From Chiloscyllium plagiosum (taxonomy: Eukaryota), in the NCBI RefSeq assembly GCF_004010195.1, contig NC_057753.1, forward strand, positions 328,223 to 365,913: a stretch of DNA of 37,691 nt. The letters are read 5' to 3'. A model generated the notes under the pieces. It saw nothing but the letters and a program-made list of their open reading frames with translations, was not told the DNA's origin and ran no database searches. The translations under genes and the position numbers were made by a program. Position 1 is the stretch's first letter, and the number at the start of each line of letters is the position of its first letter. Below, in pieces: positions 1 to 11,144 of the stretch.

Positions 1-512
1 TTGGTGGGGTGGTAGGTGAGGACCAGTGGGGTTCTGTCCTGGTGGCAATTGGAGGGTCGGTGTTCAAGGGCGGAGGAGCGGGAAGTGGAGGAGATGCGGT
101 GGAGGGCACCCTCGACCATGTCTGAGGGGAAATTGGGGTTTTTGAAGACGGAGGCCATCTGGGTGGTTCGGTATTGGAACTGGTCCTCCTGGGAGCAGAT
201 GTGGCGGAGACGAAGGAATTGGGAATACGGAATGGCGTTTTTACAGGGGGCAGGGTGGGAGGTGGTGTAATCTAGGTAGCTGTGGGAGTCGGTCGGTTTG
301 TACTAAATGTCTGTGTTGAGTCAGTTGCCCAAAATAGAAATGGAGAGGATTAGGAAGGGGAGGGAGGAGTCTGAGATGGTCCAGGTAAATTTGAGTTCGG
401 GGTGGAAGGTGTTAGTAAAGTGGATGAACTGTTCAACCTCCTCGTGGGAGCACGAGGTAGCGCCAATACAATCATCGATGTAGCGGAGGAAAAGATGGGG
501 GGTGGTGCCAGT
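1..512 (-). mobile_element. Penelope-like element, RT fragment (runs off window start)
   Basis: Minus-strand translation LFLRYIDDCIGATSCSHEEVEQFIHFTNTFHPELKFTWTISDSSLPFL has the PLE RT YIDD motif and downstream 'F.W.....LPFL' signature; disrupted by stops. Confidence 0.85.
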
Positions 513-519
513 TTCCGCA

Positions 520-900
520 GCTACACAAATGCCACTCCGCCTCCTCTCTTGCCCCCCCTTTCTATCCCCTAATGTGATCTTTTGGAACCCGATGTACCCC
601 TCATTGCTTAAAGCCACTCTCAATACCAGAAAGTTGGCTGTTTGTGCTACGTTCCCCTGAGAATGCATCACCCCCTACATTTTCCAAAACAGCCACAGAA
701 GACTCATGTACTAACTGCCTATCTCCCTTACCTATCCTGGAGTTAACCCATCTATGTGCCTGTATCTGCAAATTTCCCCCTTCATATAACTGCCATCCAT
801 CACATCCCCTTGCTCTTGTGAATTCCTCAATGCCTCTGTCTCTCCAACTGATCCATTCGATCTGATAGGATCCGCAACCAACGGCATTTATTGTAGATAT
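520..900 (-). mobile_element. CR1 LINE 5'/ORF1-region fragment
   Basis: gatcttttggaacccgatgtacccctcattg (576-606) matches gatctcttggaacccgacgtacccctcattg at the 5' end of the CR1 copy at ~9683-9713. Confidence 0.55.
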
Positions 901-1229
901 AATCCTCAGTAACACATAAACTCTCCCTAAAATTTGCAGCACCCACACTCTCAGACATAAACTTCATCACAGTCACACTTTACCAAGCTTTCACTCACTC
1001 AAACACACACTCTCTCACGCACACTCACAGTCTCATGGACACACATGCATATAAGTTTATGGGGTGAATTTGTATCTGTAGAATTATATTTGACAACACA
1101 TTCAATTTTGCTCAATAAATGCACAGCTTGCACTCAATTATTACATGTAATATTTTATAAATTCCACTTTGGAAACAGAATAGTCTGACTCAAGACTAGG
1201 ACAAAGACAGACTCTCACCTCACACCTTT

Positions 1230-1475
1230 AGAGATTAGATTAGATTTCCTACAGTATGGAAACAGGCCCTTCAGCCCAACAGGTCTATAACCGACCCTCC
1301 AAAGAGTAACCCACCCAGACCCATTCCCCAAACCTCTATTTACCCCTGACTAATGCACCTAACACTATGGACAATTTACCCTAACCTGCGCATCTTTGGA
1401 TTGTGGGAGGAAACCGGAGCACTCGGAGGAAACACACGCAAACATGGGGAGAATATGCAAACTCCACACAGACAG
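1230..1475 (-). mobile_element. HE1-type V-SINE, 5'-truncated
   Basis: (agatt)n tail, CR1-type 3' end and V-domain (ggaggaaaccggagcac...gcaaactccacacagac) in reverse orientation. Confidence 0.85.
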
Positions 1476-1641
1476 ACAGCATTTAATGCATTGTCTGAGA
1501 TGAGATGTCACCTTTTGTTATAAAACCTTGTTATGTCGGGAATGTGTCATAAAAGAAGTTCTGGAATTTACACATGAATGAAACAAAACTTGAAAACCAT
1601 TCTAAAAGATGAAAGACTTCACAATCCAGGTTTGGTCAATA

Positions 1642-1756
1642 CAGAGAAACCTTGACTATCCAGGCGACACGGGTGGGGAGCATTTTGATGGGATAATTGA
1701 ATGCGAGCCAAGCATTAGGACCTCGCAATCTTGCTCAGATAACCGAGGTTCTTCTG
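1642..1756. mobile_element. 115-bp Tc1/mariner (Tigger-like) MITE
   Basis: Imperfect TIRs cagagaaaccttgactatc / gataaccgaggttcttctg (14/19 match); flanked by TA at 1640-1641 and 1757-1758. Confidence 0.65.
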
Positions 1757-1823
1757 TATACCACTGCATGACCCTGTAATCTTCTGCTATAAGTTCTGCG
1801 TCTTATGATCTTAACCTCCATAA

Positions 1824-2129
1824 CGGCAGCACAGTGGTTAGCACTGCTGCCTCACAGCGCCAGAGACCCAGGTTCAATTCCTGACTCAGGCGACTGACTG
1901 TGTGGAGTTTGCACGTTCTCCCCGTGACTGCGTGGGTTTCCTCCGGGTGCCCCGGTTTCCTCCCACAGTCCAAAGATGTGCAGGTCAGGTGAATTGGCCA
2001 TGCTAAATTGCCCGTAGTGTTAGGTAAAGGGGTAAATGTAGGGGAATGGGTGGGTTGCGCTTCGGCGGGTCGGTGTGGACTTGTTGGGCTGAAGGGCCTG
2101 TTTCCACACTGTAAAGTAATCTAATCTAA
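1824..2129 (+). mobile_element. HE1-type tRNA-derived V-SINE, near full length
   Basis: tRNA head with A/B-box-like motifs (agtggttagcac, ggttcaattcc), V-domain gtgtggagtttgcacgttctccccgtg...cctcccacagtccaaagatgtgcagg, and (taatc)n tail. Confidence 0.92.
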
Positions 2130-2339
2130 ACCACTTGATGGAAGCAGCAGCGCTCTGAAAGCTAGTGCTTCCAAATAAGCCTGTCGGACTGTAACCTGGG
2201 GTTGGATGATCTTTTTACTTTGCAAAATGCTGGCACCTCCACATCATGAAGATCCCAAGGAAGAGTTGGGCGTTTTGTGATGAATGATGTTACTTCCAGC
2301 AGTCGGTGAGCCAGGAGCCAGCCCCACACTCTGGACCCT

Positions 2340-3080
2340 GACCTGCAGCCTCTGCAGCGCTCACTTCCGCCTGGTAAAACCACGAGCCAGCGGCTGGGGC
2401 AGGGGGGGGGTGGGGTGCACGACTGCGCAGACGCCGGCTCGGTCACGTGCCCAGCGCCGGCCGCCGGCCGCGTTACCCCGGCAACCCGCCGCCATCTTGC
2501 GGGCGGCCCCCTGGACCAGCGCGCGCCTGCGCCGCCATCTCGCTCCCCGGGCCCCCGCCGGCGGCGAGAGACGCCTGTCACGGTCAGCTTTCGGCGCTCA
2601 GAGGCCGCGGGGGAGGGGCCGCCCTCGTCTCAACACACAGACCACAGACGGACAGAGAGGTTTTCCGAGGAGGAGGAGGACAGGATCGCGCTCGGGCCGC
2701 AAGATGGCGGCCGGTTGCCACGGCAACGGGGCCGATTTCTTTTTTCGCATCGTTCGCGTCGCGGAAGGAAAAGCCACCCATTGCCGTTTACCTCGGAGGA
2801 GCTCCCCTCCCTCCCACAGACGTCCGCTGACCCGCCGGGGTTTTTGTTTTTAATTTCCGTTTTCCCCGCCGGTCCCTCTGCGTCTCTCCAAACCGTCGCC
2901 GGCTCCGCGAGGCGGCCGGAAGAGGCGGGGACTCCACCCGCTGTGGGCGGGGGCGGGGGCTGGAGAGTGACAGCCGCCTGCGCCAATGGGACACCCGGGT
3001 ACCGTCCCGCCTGTCACAATGGGAGCTGCGACCAATCAGGGAGCGTCCTCCGCGGGGCGGGACAGCGGCCGGAAAGACTC
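2340..3080. promoter_or_regulatory. CpG island promoter 1 (probably bidirectional)
   Basis: Very GC/CpG rich. E-box gtcacgtg 2442, RFX 2472-2485 and 2714-2727, YY1 2490-2499(-) and 2700-2709(+), NRF1 2523-2532, ETS-like ccggaag ~2916, GC boxes ~2945 and ~3053, CCAAT ~2983 and ~3032; minus-strand donors at 2364 (GAA|GTGAGC) and ~2791 (GAG|GTAAAC). Confidence 0.85.
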
Positions 3081-3089
3081 AGGGTTGTT

Positions 3090-4135
3090 GTTGTATCATA
3101 GCATCCCCACAGTCTGGGAACAAGCCATTTGACCCAACAGGATCTGGATGAGAGCGGGGCTGGAAAAGCACAGCAGGTCAGGCTGCATCCGTGGAGCAGG
3201 AAAATTGACGTTTCGGGCAAAAGGAATAGAAGCAGGGTACCTGCACGGTGGAGAGATAAATGAGAGGGGGAAGTGGTGAAGGTAGTATAGAGTACAATGG
3301 GTGAATGGGGGTGGGGATAGAGGTGATAGGTCAGAGGGGAGGATGGAGTGGATAGGTGGAAAGGAAGATAGGCAGTGGGGCAGGTCATGGGGACAGTGCC
3401 GAGCTGGAAACCTTCGCATAAACCAAATCATCCGCCGACATTTCCGTCACCTCCAAACGGACCCCACCACCAGGGATATATTTCCCTCCCCATCCCTTTC
3501 CACCTTCCGCAAAGGCCATTCCCTCAGTGACTACCTGGTCAGGTCTATGCCACCCTCCCATCCTGGCACCTTCCCCTGTCACTGCAGGAATTGCAAAACC
3601 TGCGCCCACACCTCCTCCCTCACCTCCGTCCAAGGCCCCAAAAGAGCCTTCCACATCCATCAAAATTTTACCTGCACATCCACCAATATCACTTATTGCA
3701 TCCATTGCTCCCGATGCAATCTCTTACACTGGGAGACTGGATGCCTCCTAACAGAGCGCTTTAGTGAACATCTCTGGGACACCCACACCAATCTACCACA
3801 CCGGTCTGTGGCCCAACATTTCAACCCCCCTCCCATGGAGGTCCTGGGCCTCCTTCACCATCGCTTCCTCACCACCCGACGCCTGGAGAAAGAACGCCTC
3901 ATCTTCCGCCTCAGAACACTTCAACCCCAGGGCATCAATGTGGACTTCACCAGTTTCCTCATTTCCCCTTCCCCCACCTCACCCCAGTTCCAAACCAGCC
4001 ACATTTGACCCAACAAGTCGAAACTGACCCTATGAAGAGTATCCCACCCAAACTCGTTCACCTGCCCTGTTTCTCTGCATTTACCCCTGACCAACACACC
4101 TCTGAGCACATGGCCAATTCACCCTAAACTGCACT
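3090..4135 (-). mobile_element. HE1-type SINE 3' part, interrupted by a Penelope insertion
   Basis: 3095-3139 and 4002-4135 join into a SINE tail (cccacagtctgggaacaagccatttgacccaaca|agtcg...catggccaattcaccctaa). Confidence 0.65.
3140..4001 (+). mobile_element. Penelope-like element: inverted terminal segment (3140-~3405) plus GIY-YIG endonuclease region
   Basis: Translation ...FPCHCRNCKTCAHT...FTCTSTNITYCIHCSRCNLLH(W)ETG...ERFSEH...LGLLH...RRLEKERLIFRLRTLQPQGIN is a PLE GIY-YIG domain; perfect 14-bp TSD catttgacccaaca at 3126-3139 and 4002-4015. Confidence 0.9.
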
Positions 4136-4667
4136 GTTAACTCAAAGAAAATCTCGGAGCACATAAAGTAAGTTTTAATATTAAAATTTTTATTTCGATT
4201 AAGCCAGCTAGAGATCAATAGTCTATAGTCCAGAGTTTCAATCAAGATATCCCTGTTTGGGTTAAAGAGAGATCTCGGATTTTTAGCAGCATATTTTATA
4301 GCCCTTATGTGCATAACAATTTTATGTTTTTTCATTTCCCACAATATAATGTTTCCACCTCTAATTAATAGTCCCATAATTAAAATTAGATGATTAATAT
4401 ATTTTAGTCTTGTTCTCACAGATCAAAGGCAAGGCTATTGTTTTAAAATGTTTCTTCATCTTTTTGCGTCAAAGCAGATAAAGCTAAACATTTATCAGTA
4501 TTGTATTCCTTTGCTTTGTCTGGGAAAGCAGACCTACAAAGTTATGCCAAGAGTCTCACATTCTTTATTTCAATCTCATGGTCACTGACTTCCATTTTAA
4601 ACTCGTCAGACAAATTATTATTGCGAGATGCAGATTTAAAATGGAGGCTTTCAATCGTTGATTCCCC

Positions 4668-4770
4668 AATCTTTGGATTGAGAGTGGAAACTGGAGCACC
4701 CAGAGGAAACCCCACACAGACATGGGGGTGGAGAATGTGCAAATTCCATACAGGCAGTCACCCAAGAGCA
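4668..4770 (-). mobile_element. HE1-type SINE V-domain fragment
   Basis: ggaaactggagcacccagaggaaaccccacacagacatggg...gaatgtgcaaattccataca. Confidence 0.75.
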
Positions 4771-4984
4771 GAATTGATCACTGTCCTGAATATTTCATAT
4801 TTTAAGGTAGCATATGTACAGGGCCCGAGTATCAGAGCTGTGTGGAAGAGTCAGAGGGATGACTGCCTTACACACGAGAATCTCTAGATTCCGTGGGGAG
4901 CCAACCAGAAATGGGCTGCATCTGAGTTTAACCAGTTGTCTGCAAGCAAAATGCAAACTATTTGGAGAATCTCAATTGTGATTT

Positions 4985-5216
4985 GAACCAAACCATCTAC
5001 AAGATTCAAGAGCAGCTTTTCCCCCCCGTTTATCAGAGTTTTGAACGGACCTCTGTAACGTTAATGTTGATCTCTCTCACTGCACCTTCTCGGCGGCTGT
5101 AACACTGTTTCCTGATGCCCATTCTTACCCTGTTTAAAGTATGATCTACCTGTAACAGCACATAAGGCAACAGGTTTCTCTGAACCTCATATGCATGACA
5201 GGGAGTAAATCAAATC
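4985..5216 (+). mobile_element. Rex1/Babar LINE 3' end
   Basis: agattcaagagcagctttt...ttatcagagttttgaacggacc corresponds to the RFK.SFFP..IR.LN C-terminus, followed by UTR and (aaatc) tail. Confidence 0.6.
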
Positions 5217-5520
5217 CTGAAATCTATACAGTGTGGAAGGAGGGCATTTGGCCTATCAAGTCCATACAGCCCCTCTGAAGAGCACCCCATCCCTATAACC
5301 CTGCATTTCCCATGGCTAAACCACTAAGCCTTCACACCCTTCTACATAACGTGCACTTTTAGAATGGCCAAGCCACCTGACCTGCACATCTTTGGACTGT
5401 GGGAGAAAACCAGAGCAGCTGGTGGGAATCTACACAGTTGCTCAAGGCTGGAATCAAACCCAGGTCCTTGGTGCCGTGAGGCAGCAGTCAGTGCTGACAA
5501 CTGAGCATGGTAGCTCAGTG
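5215..5520 (-). mobile_element. HE1-type SINE (degenerate)
   Basis: cacatctttggactgtgggag...ggctggaatcaaacccaggtcc...gtgaggcagcagt. Confidence 0.75.
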
Positions 5521-6370
5521 GTAAGGCCTTATTGTCTGCTGACTTTGATGTGTAGCCGTTTGAAGTAAAGATGGTGTTGGAGAATGGGAGCACACACCTT
5601 CATGTCTGTGGTGTTGGAAATGTGCATCAGGAAAGAAATGGTGAGCAATGTCCTCACCTGGAAAGGATTGAGCAGGTCCCCAAATAGAGGCAAGAACACA
5701 CACCCAGAGAGGGCCTCAGGGCTGGATAGGGTCTCAAGGAGGGTGTGGGGAAGGATTTCAGAGTAAATACTATGGCGACAAGAGCAGGTCAGAGGCTGGG
5801 AATCCTGCAGCAAGTAGCTCACCTCCTGACTCTCCCCTAGTAACTGGTCTCAGCATTAAACTAGAATTCAGCAGTGTGATGGAATACTCCCCAATCGCTT
5901 GGATGGGTGCAGCTCCAACAACAGCTCGACACCATCTTTGTCAGTGCAGACCACCCCCCCATCCCAAACTTGATTAGCACACAACACTCAGTCCCTCTAC
6001 CACTGACACACAGTGGCAGCAGCATTTGGCATCTGCAAAAACTCCAGCAGCAATTCTCCAAAGTTCCTACCACAGTACCTGCTACCCTTACCATCTTGGA
6101 AGGATGAGGGGCAGCAGATGCAAGGGGGAACACCATCTCCTGCAAGTTCCCCTCTGAGCCCCCCAACACACAGACATGGCATCCCAGTCGGGAATGAAAT
6201 GAGCCATTCCTTCAGTGTTGCTGGGGTCAGAATCCTGGGACTGCCTCTCTAGCAGAACACTTTGGGGTGTCCAGACATAAAATTGGAGTGGGGGTGAGTG
6301 CAGTGGTTGTAGAAGGCAGCTCACCACCATATGCCCGACAGGGTGGCACACTGGCTCACAGCGTCAGGGA
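5355..6370 (+). repeat. Local segmental duplication, copy 1 (SINE piece + unique core + LINE piece)
   Basis: Colinear with 10333-11140; core 5534-5769 vs 10526-10747 differs by 5 substitutions and one 14-bp indel. Confidence 0.9.
5765..6335 (+). mobile_element. Non-LTR LINE 3' fragment (CR1/L2 group, Zenon-like; same family as 17098-19440)
   Basis: Encodes RAGQRLGILQQVAHLL / MEYSP.AWMGAAPT; ends in aaggcagctcaccacc like 19347-19362. Clade name tentative. Confidence 0.65.
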
Positions 6371-6465
6371 CCCTCGTTTGATTCCAGTCACAGGCGACTG
6401 TCCGTGTGGAGTTTGCACATTCTCAGTGCGTCCCCGTGGTTTTCTCCGGGTGCTTTGGTTCCAAG
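6340..6465 (+). mobile_element. HE1-type SINE 5' fragment
   Basis: ctcacagcgtcagggaccc..ttgattcc...gtgtggagtttgcacattctc. Confidence 0.75.
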
Positions 6466-6889
6466 TCTAACAAAAGATTAGGGTATTAGTCAGCCCTTAC
6501 CAATCATCTCTCGGACCTGAACAGGATGCAGAATATCAAACATTGTCCCCAGTTAGAATGTACTTGTTAACTATCTTTTAACTGGGCCATTATCTCTTTA
6601 AGAAACTAACAGACAAAACACCACTTATGTGAAGTTGCATGAATGAAACTCACACGGTCAAATAGTAAACAAATCTCACAATCCAGCTGCAGTAATCAGT
6701 AAAACATCCTTTATTTTTTTTATTAAGTGCAGATATAATTTCTAACTTATTTAGAGCATGTTGACTTTCCATTTTTTAACTAACATTTCCCAACTTAAAA
6801 GACAATAGGACTGACACCTCTTAATGATGAAAACAGTCCAGACAGACACTTATAATCTGACCAGGAGTAGCACCCAGCATTAAACACAT

Positions 6890-9715
6890 ACAGTCACAGA
6901 GACAGAGATGTACAGCATGGAAACAGACCCTTCGGTCCAACCCGTCCATGCCGACCAGGTTCCCAACCCAAACTAGTCCCACCTGCCAGCACCCGGCCCA
7001 TATCCCTCCAAACCCTTCCTATTCATATACCCATCCAAATGCCTCTTAAATGTTGCAATTGTACCAGCCTCCACCACATCCTCTGAAAGCTCATTCCATA
7101 CACATACCACCCTCTGNNNNNNNNNNNNNNNNNNNNNNNNNNNNNNNNNNNNNNNNNNNNNNNNNNNNNNNNNNNNNNNNNNNNNNNNNNNNNNNNNNNN
7201 NNNNNNNNNNNNNNNNNNNNNNNNNNNNNNNNNNNNNNNNNNNNNNNNNNNNNNNNNNNNNNNNNNNNNNNNNNNNNNNNNNNNNNNNNNNNNNNNNNNN
7301 NNNNNNNNNNNNNNNNNNNNNNNNNNNNNNNNNNNNNNNNNNNNNNNNNNNNNNNNNNNNNNNNNNNNNNNNNNNNNNNNNNNNNNNNNNNNNNNNNNNN
7401 NNNNNNNNNNNNNNNNNNNNNNNNNNNNNNNNTTACCATTAAGTGTGTAAGTCCTGCTAAGATTTGCTTTCCCAAAATGCAACACCTCGCATTTATCTGA
7501 ATTAAACTCCATCTGCCACTTCTCAGCCCACTAGCCTATCTGATCAAATTCTGTTGTAATCTGAGGTAACCCTCTTCGCTGTCCACTACACATCAAATTT
7601 TGGTGTCATCTGTAAACTTACTAACTGTACCTCTTATGCTTACATCCAAATCATTTATATAAACGATTAAAAGTAGTGGACCCAGCATCGATCCTTGTGG
7701 CACTCCACTGGTCACAGGCCTCCAGTCTGAAAAACAACCCTCCACCACCACCCTCTGTCTTCTATCTTTGAGCCAGTTCTGTATACAAATGGCTAGTTCT
7801 CCCTGTATTCCATGAGATCTAACCTTGCTAATCAGTCTCTCATGGGGAACCTTGTCAAAAGCATTACTGAAGTTCATATAGATCACATCTACCGCTCTGC
7901 CCTCATCAATCCTCTTCGTTACTTCATCAAAAACTCAATCAAGTTTGTGAGACATGATTTCCCACGCACAAAGCCATGTTGACTATCCCAAATCAAACCT
8001 TGCCTTTCCAAATACCCCTACATCCTGTCCCTCAGGATTCTCTCCAACAACTTGCCCACGACCGATGTCAGGCTCACTGGTCTATAGTTCGCTGGCTTGT
8101 CCTTACCACCCTTCTTAAACAGTGGCACCATGTTTGCCAACCTCCAGTCTTCCGGCACCTCACCTGTGACTATCGATGATAAAAATATCTCAGCAAGAGG
8201 CCCAGCAATCACGACTTTAGCTTCCCACAGAGTTCTAGGGTACACCCAATCAGGTCCTGGGGATATGTCCACTTTTATATGTTTCAAGACATCCAGCACT
8301 TCCTCCTCTGTAATATGGACATTTTGCGAGATGTCACCATCTATTTCCTTAGAGTCTGTATCTTCCATGTCCTTTTCCACATCTGCTCCCAATCAGCTTT
8401 TGAAAGTTCTTACATAATACCTTCAAAATTGGCCTTTCTCCAATTTAGAATTTTAATTTTTAGATCTGGTCTATCCTTATCCATCACTATTTTAAATCTA
8501 ATAGAATTATGGTCGCTGGCCCCAAAGTGCTCCCCCACTGACACCTCAGTCACCTGCCCTGCCTTATTTCCCACTGAAACAGAAAATTATCTTGTTCACA
8601 CTTAACAAATTCCTCTCCATCTAAACCTTTAACAGCATGGCAGTCCCAGTCTATGTTTGGAAAGTTAAAATCCCCTACCATAACCACGCTATCATTCTTA
8701 CAGATAGCGGAGATTGCCTTACAAATTTGTTTCTTAATTTCCCTCTGACTATTAGGGGGTCTATAATACAATTCCAATAAGGTGATCATCTTTCTTACTT
8801 CTCAGTTCCACCCAAATAACTTCACCAGATGTATTTCCGGGAATATCCTCCCTCAGCACAGCTGTAATGCTATCCTTTATCAAAAATGCCACTCCCCCTC
8901 CTCTCTTGCCTCCCTTTCTGTCCTTCCTGTAGCATTTGTATCCTGGAACATTAAGCTGCCAGTCCTGCCCATCCCTGTGCCGTGTTTCTGNNNNNNNNNN
9001 NNNNNNNNNNNNNNNNNNNNNNNNNNNNNNNNNNNNNNNNNNNNNNNNNNNNNNNNNNNNNNNTCCTACTTTGTCCCTGCCTGCCCTGACTGTTTGACTC
9101 ACTTCTGTTCTCAACTGTACCAGTCTCAGATTGATCTCTTTCCTCACAATCTCCCTGGGTCCCACTCCCCCACCTTACTAGTTTAAATCCTTCCAAGCAG
9201 GTCCAGCAAATTTCCCTGCTAGTATATTAGTCACTTTCCAATTCAGGTGCAATCCGCCCTTCTTGTCCAGGTCACTTCTTCCCCAGAAGAGATTCCAATG
9301 ATCCAAAAATGTGAATCCTTCTCCCATACACCAGCTCCTCAGCCATGCATTCATCTGCTCTATCCTCCTATTCCTGCCCTCGCTAGCTCGTAGCACTGGG
9401 AGTAATCCAGATATTACTACTCTCGAGGACCTCCTTTTAAAATTCCTGTCTAACTCTCTGTAATCTACCTTTAGACTCTCAATCTTTTCCCTTCCTATGT
9501 CGTTGATTCCAATGTGGACAATGACCTCCTGCTGGCCCCTCTCCCCAGTGAGAGCATTCTGCACCCTCTCGGAGATATCCTTGATCCTGGCACTGGAAAA
9601 GCATCATACCATTCTGATTTATCGCTGCTGGCCACAGAAACGTCTGTCTGTACTTCAGACCGGAGAGTCCCCTAATGCAATTGATCTCTTGGAACCCGAC
9701 GTACCCCTCATTGAA
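6890..9715 (-). mobile_element. CR1 LINE with ORF1 esterase, APE endonuclease, RT and 3' UTR; internally deleted and frameshifted
   Basis: ORF1 SGNH esterase (VHIGINDI...VVISGLLPV...GLHLN, 9178-9564); APE (RKDRKGGKRGGGVA, YYRPPNS, MVGDFNFPNIDW); RT (NYRPVSLTSVVGK, FDKVPH, GVPQGS, KFTDDTKI); 3' UTR at 6890-7115; two N-gaps inside. Confidence 0.95.
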
Positions 9716-10099
9716 ATGTTTTAACCCATCTCCTGACTCCCAGGACAGAAGCCCCTTAAACCTTTGTGTACTGTAGTTAAAACAATGTAACACCATAGTA
9801 ATGGAATTTTAATGCTTATAACAACTGTGTATCAAAAGGGGAGTGTAAGAACTGCATTTCAGGATTTATTGCCACTTCAAACTTGTGCTACTTGCAGTTT
9901 CTGAATAAAGAGATCAATTTTACCACTCACCAATTTTGGTCGTTATTTGAACACAATCCCACAGGCTGTTGAATGATTTTATTCATCTGAACTGAAATAC
10001 AGAGACTCCAGAAGAGGAGGAATCATCCAGGTAATACTGTGTTAAAGAAACAGAATAAAAACAGTTTTGTTGCCAAGTTACCACGGTATTGACAGATTT

Positions 10100-10225
10100 T
10101 TAGGGTTAAGGAGAGCAGACAGGAACATGGCATGGAGTCTGAGGGGAGGTCAGTTGTGATTGAATCAAATGGCGGAGCAGGCTTGAGGGGCTGAATGGTC
10201 TCCTCCTGTTTCTAGTTCTAATGTA
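10100..10225 (+). mobile_element. CR1 3' UTR remnant
   Basis: aatggcggagcaggcttgaggggctgaatgg.ctcctcctg tail. Confidence 0.6.
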
Positions 10226-10332
10226 ATATAGAAGGTGAGGTATTTGAGTGTGATTGTGATATTAAATCAGACTCCATGGGCAGAGGGAGAGGGCATATAA
10301 AAGCTAGCCTACCTATCCTTGGACATACTGGG

Positions 10333-11140
10333 CAATTTTAGAATGGCCTATCCACCTAACATGCATGTCTTTGGACTGTGGGAGGAAACCAGAGCAGCTG
10401 GAGGGATAACACGCAAAATCCACACAGATAGTCGCTCGAGGCTGGAATTGAACCCGGGTCCCTAGTGCCGTAAGGCAGCAGTACTAACTACTGAGCTACC
10501 ATGCTCAGTTAAGTGAGGGCTCCTGGTCTGCTGACTTTGATGTGTAGCCGTTTGAAGTAACGATGGTGTTGGAGAATGGGAGCACACACCTTCATGTCTG
10601 TGGTGTTGGAAAGAAATGGTGAGCAATGTCCTCACCTGGAAGGGATTGAGCAGGTCCCCAAATAGAGGGAAGAACACACACCCAGATGGGGCCTCAGGGC
10701 TGGATAGGGTCTCAAGGAGGGTGTGGGGAAGGATTTCAGAGTAAATATTAAGGCTGCAAGAGCAGGTCAGAGGCTGGGAATCCTTCAGCAAGTAGCTCAC
10801 CTCCTGACTCTTCCCCCAGTAGCCTGTCTCATCATGGACAAACTACAATTCAGGAGTGCGATGGAATACTCCCCACTTGCGTGGATGGGTGCAGCTCCAA
10901 CAACACTCAAGAAAATTGACACCATCTGTCTCAAAGCAGCTCTCCCCCACCATCCCAATCCCAAACTTGATGTGAGCCATTCCTTCAGTATTGCAGGGGT
11001 CAAAATCCTTGGACTCCCTCCCTAGCAGGACACTGTGTGGGGTGTCCCTCCACCAAATTGGAGGGGACAGTGGTAGCAGTGCAGTGGTTCAAGAAGTGGT
11101 TCAAGAGCACCACCGCATGCTCAACAGGCCGGCATAGTGG
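10333..11140 (+). repeat. Local segmental duplication, copy 2
   Basis: See 5355-6370; both SINE pieces share the variant aaaccagagcagctgg; copy 2 lacks ~5975-6200. Confidence 0.9.
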
Positions 11141-11144
11141 GTCA

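Larger units (their letters stand above)
940..2247 (+). mobile_element. Penelope-like terminal/3' region (second PLE family), split by two SINEs and a MITE
   Basis: After removing the inserts it aligns with 36370-36650 (ccattctaaaagatgaaagactt ... tgatg.aag.agcagcgctc.gaaa ... gcacctcca); carries a degenerate hammerhead core at ~2135-2165. Confidence 0.6.
4165..10036 (-). ncRNA. Putative spliced non-coding transcript: candidate exons 9931-10036, 6501-6516, 4872-4939 and terminal exon 4785-~4165
   Basis: Minus-strand acceptor/donor pairs: ttctttaacacag|...attg|GTGAGT; ctgcatcctgttcag|...attg|GTAAGG; ttttgcttgcag|...gtgt|GTAAGG; tattcag| (weak); AATAAA at 4189-4194. No continuous ORF. Splice signals only, no transcript data. 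Confidence 0.35.

Noticed and set aside
1824..1890. SINE heads as tRNA genes
   Set aside because: tRNA-derived heads run directly into V-SINE bodies; no complete cloverleaf.
2162..3101. Several 120-230 aa ORFs over CpG island 1
   Set aside because: Arg/Pro/Gly/Ala-rich overlapping ORFs on both strands are expected from high GC content; no recognisable domain.
4542..4742. Minus-strand ORF ending ...DEFKMEVSDHEIEIKNVRLLA as a coding last exon
   Set aside because: The first part is SINE sequence, no candidate upstream exon joins in frame, and no family is recognised.
5640..5658. ggtgag-caatgtc-ctcacc hairpin as an iron-responsive element
   Set aside because: Loop is not CAGUGN and there is no C bulge.
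6824..6860. Box C (ATGATGA) ... box D (CTGA) as a C/D snoRNA
   Set aside because: Only ~37 nt, no terminal stem, and on the opposite strand to the candidate host transcript.
9931..9986. MNKIIQQPVGLCSNNDQN followed by a junction TGA as a selenoprotein
   Set aside because: No similarity to a selenoprotein family, no SECIS recognised, and the frame closes soon after.
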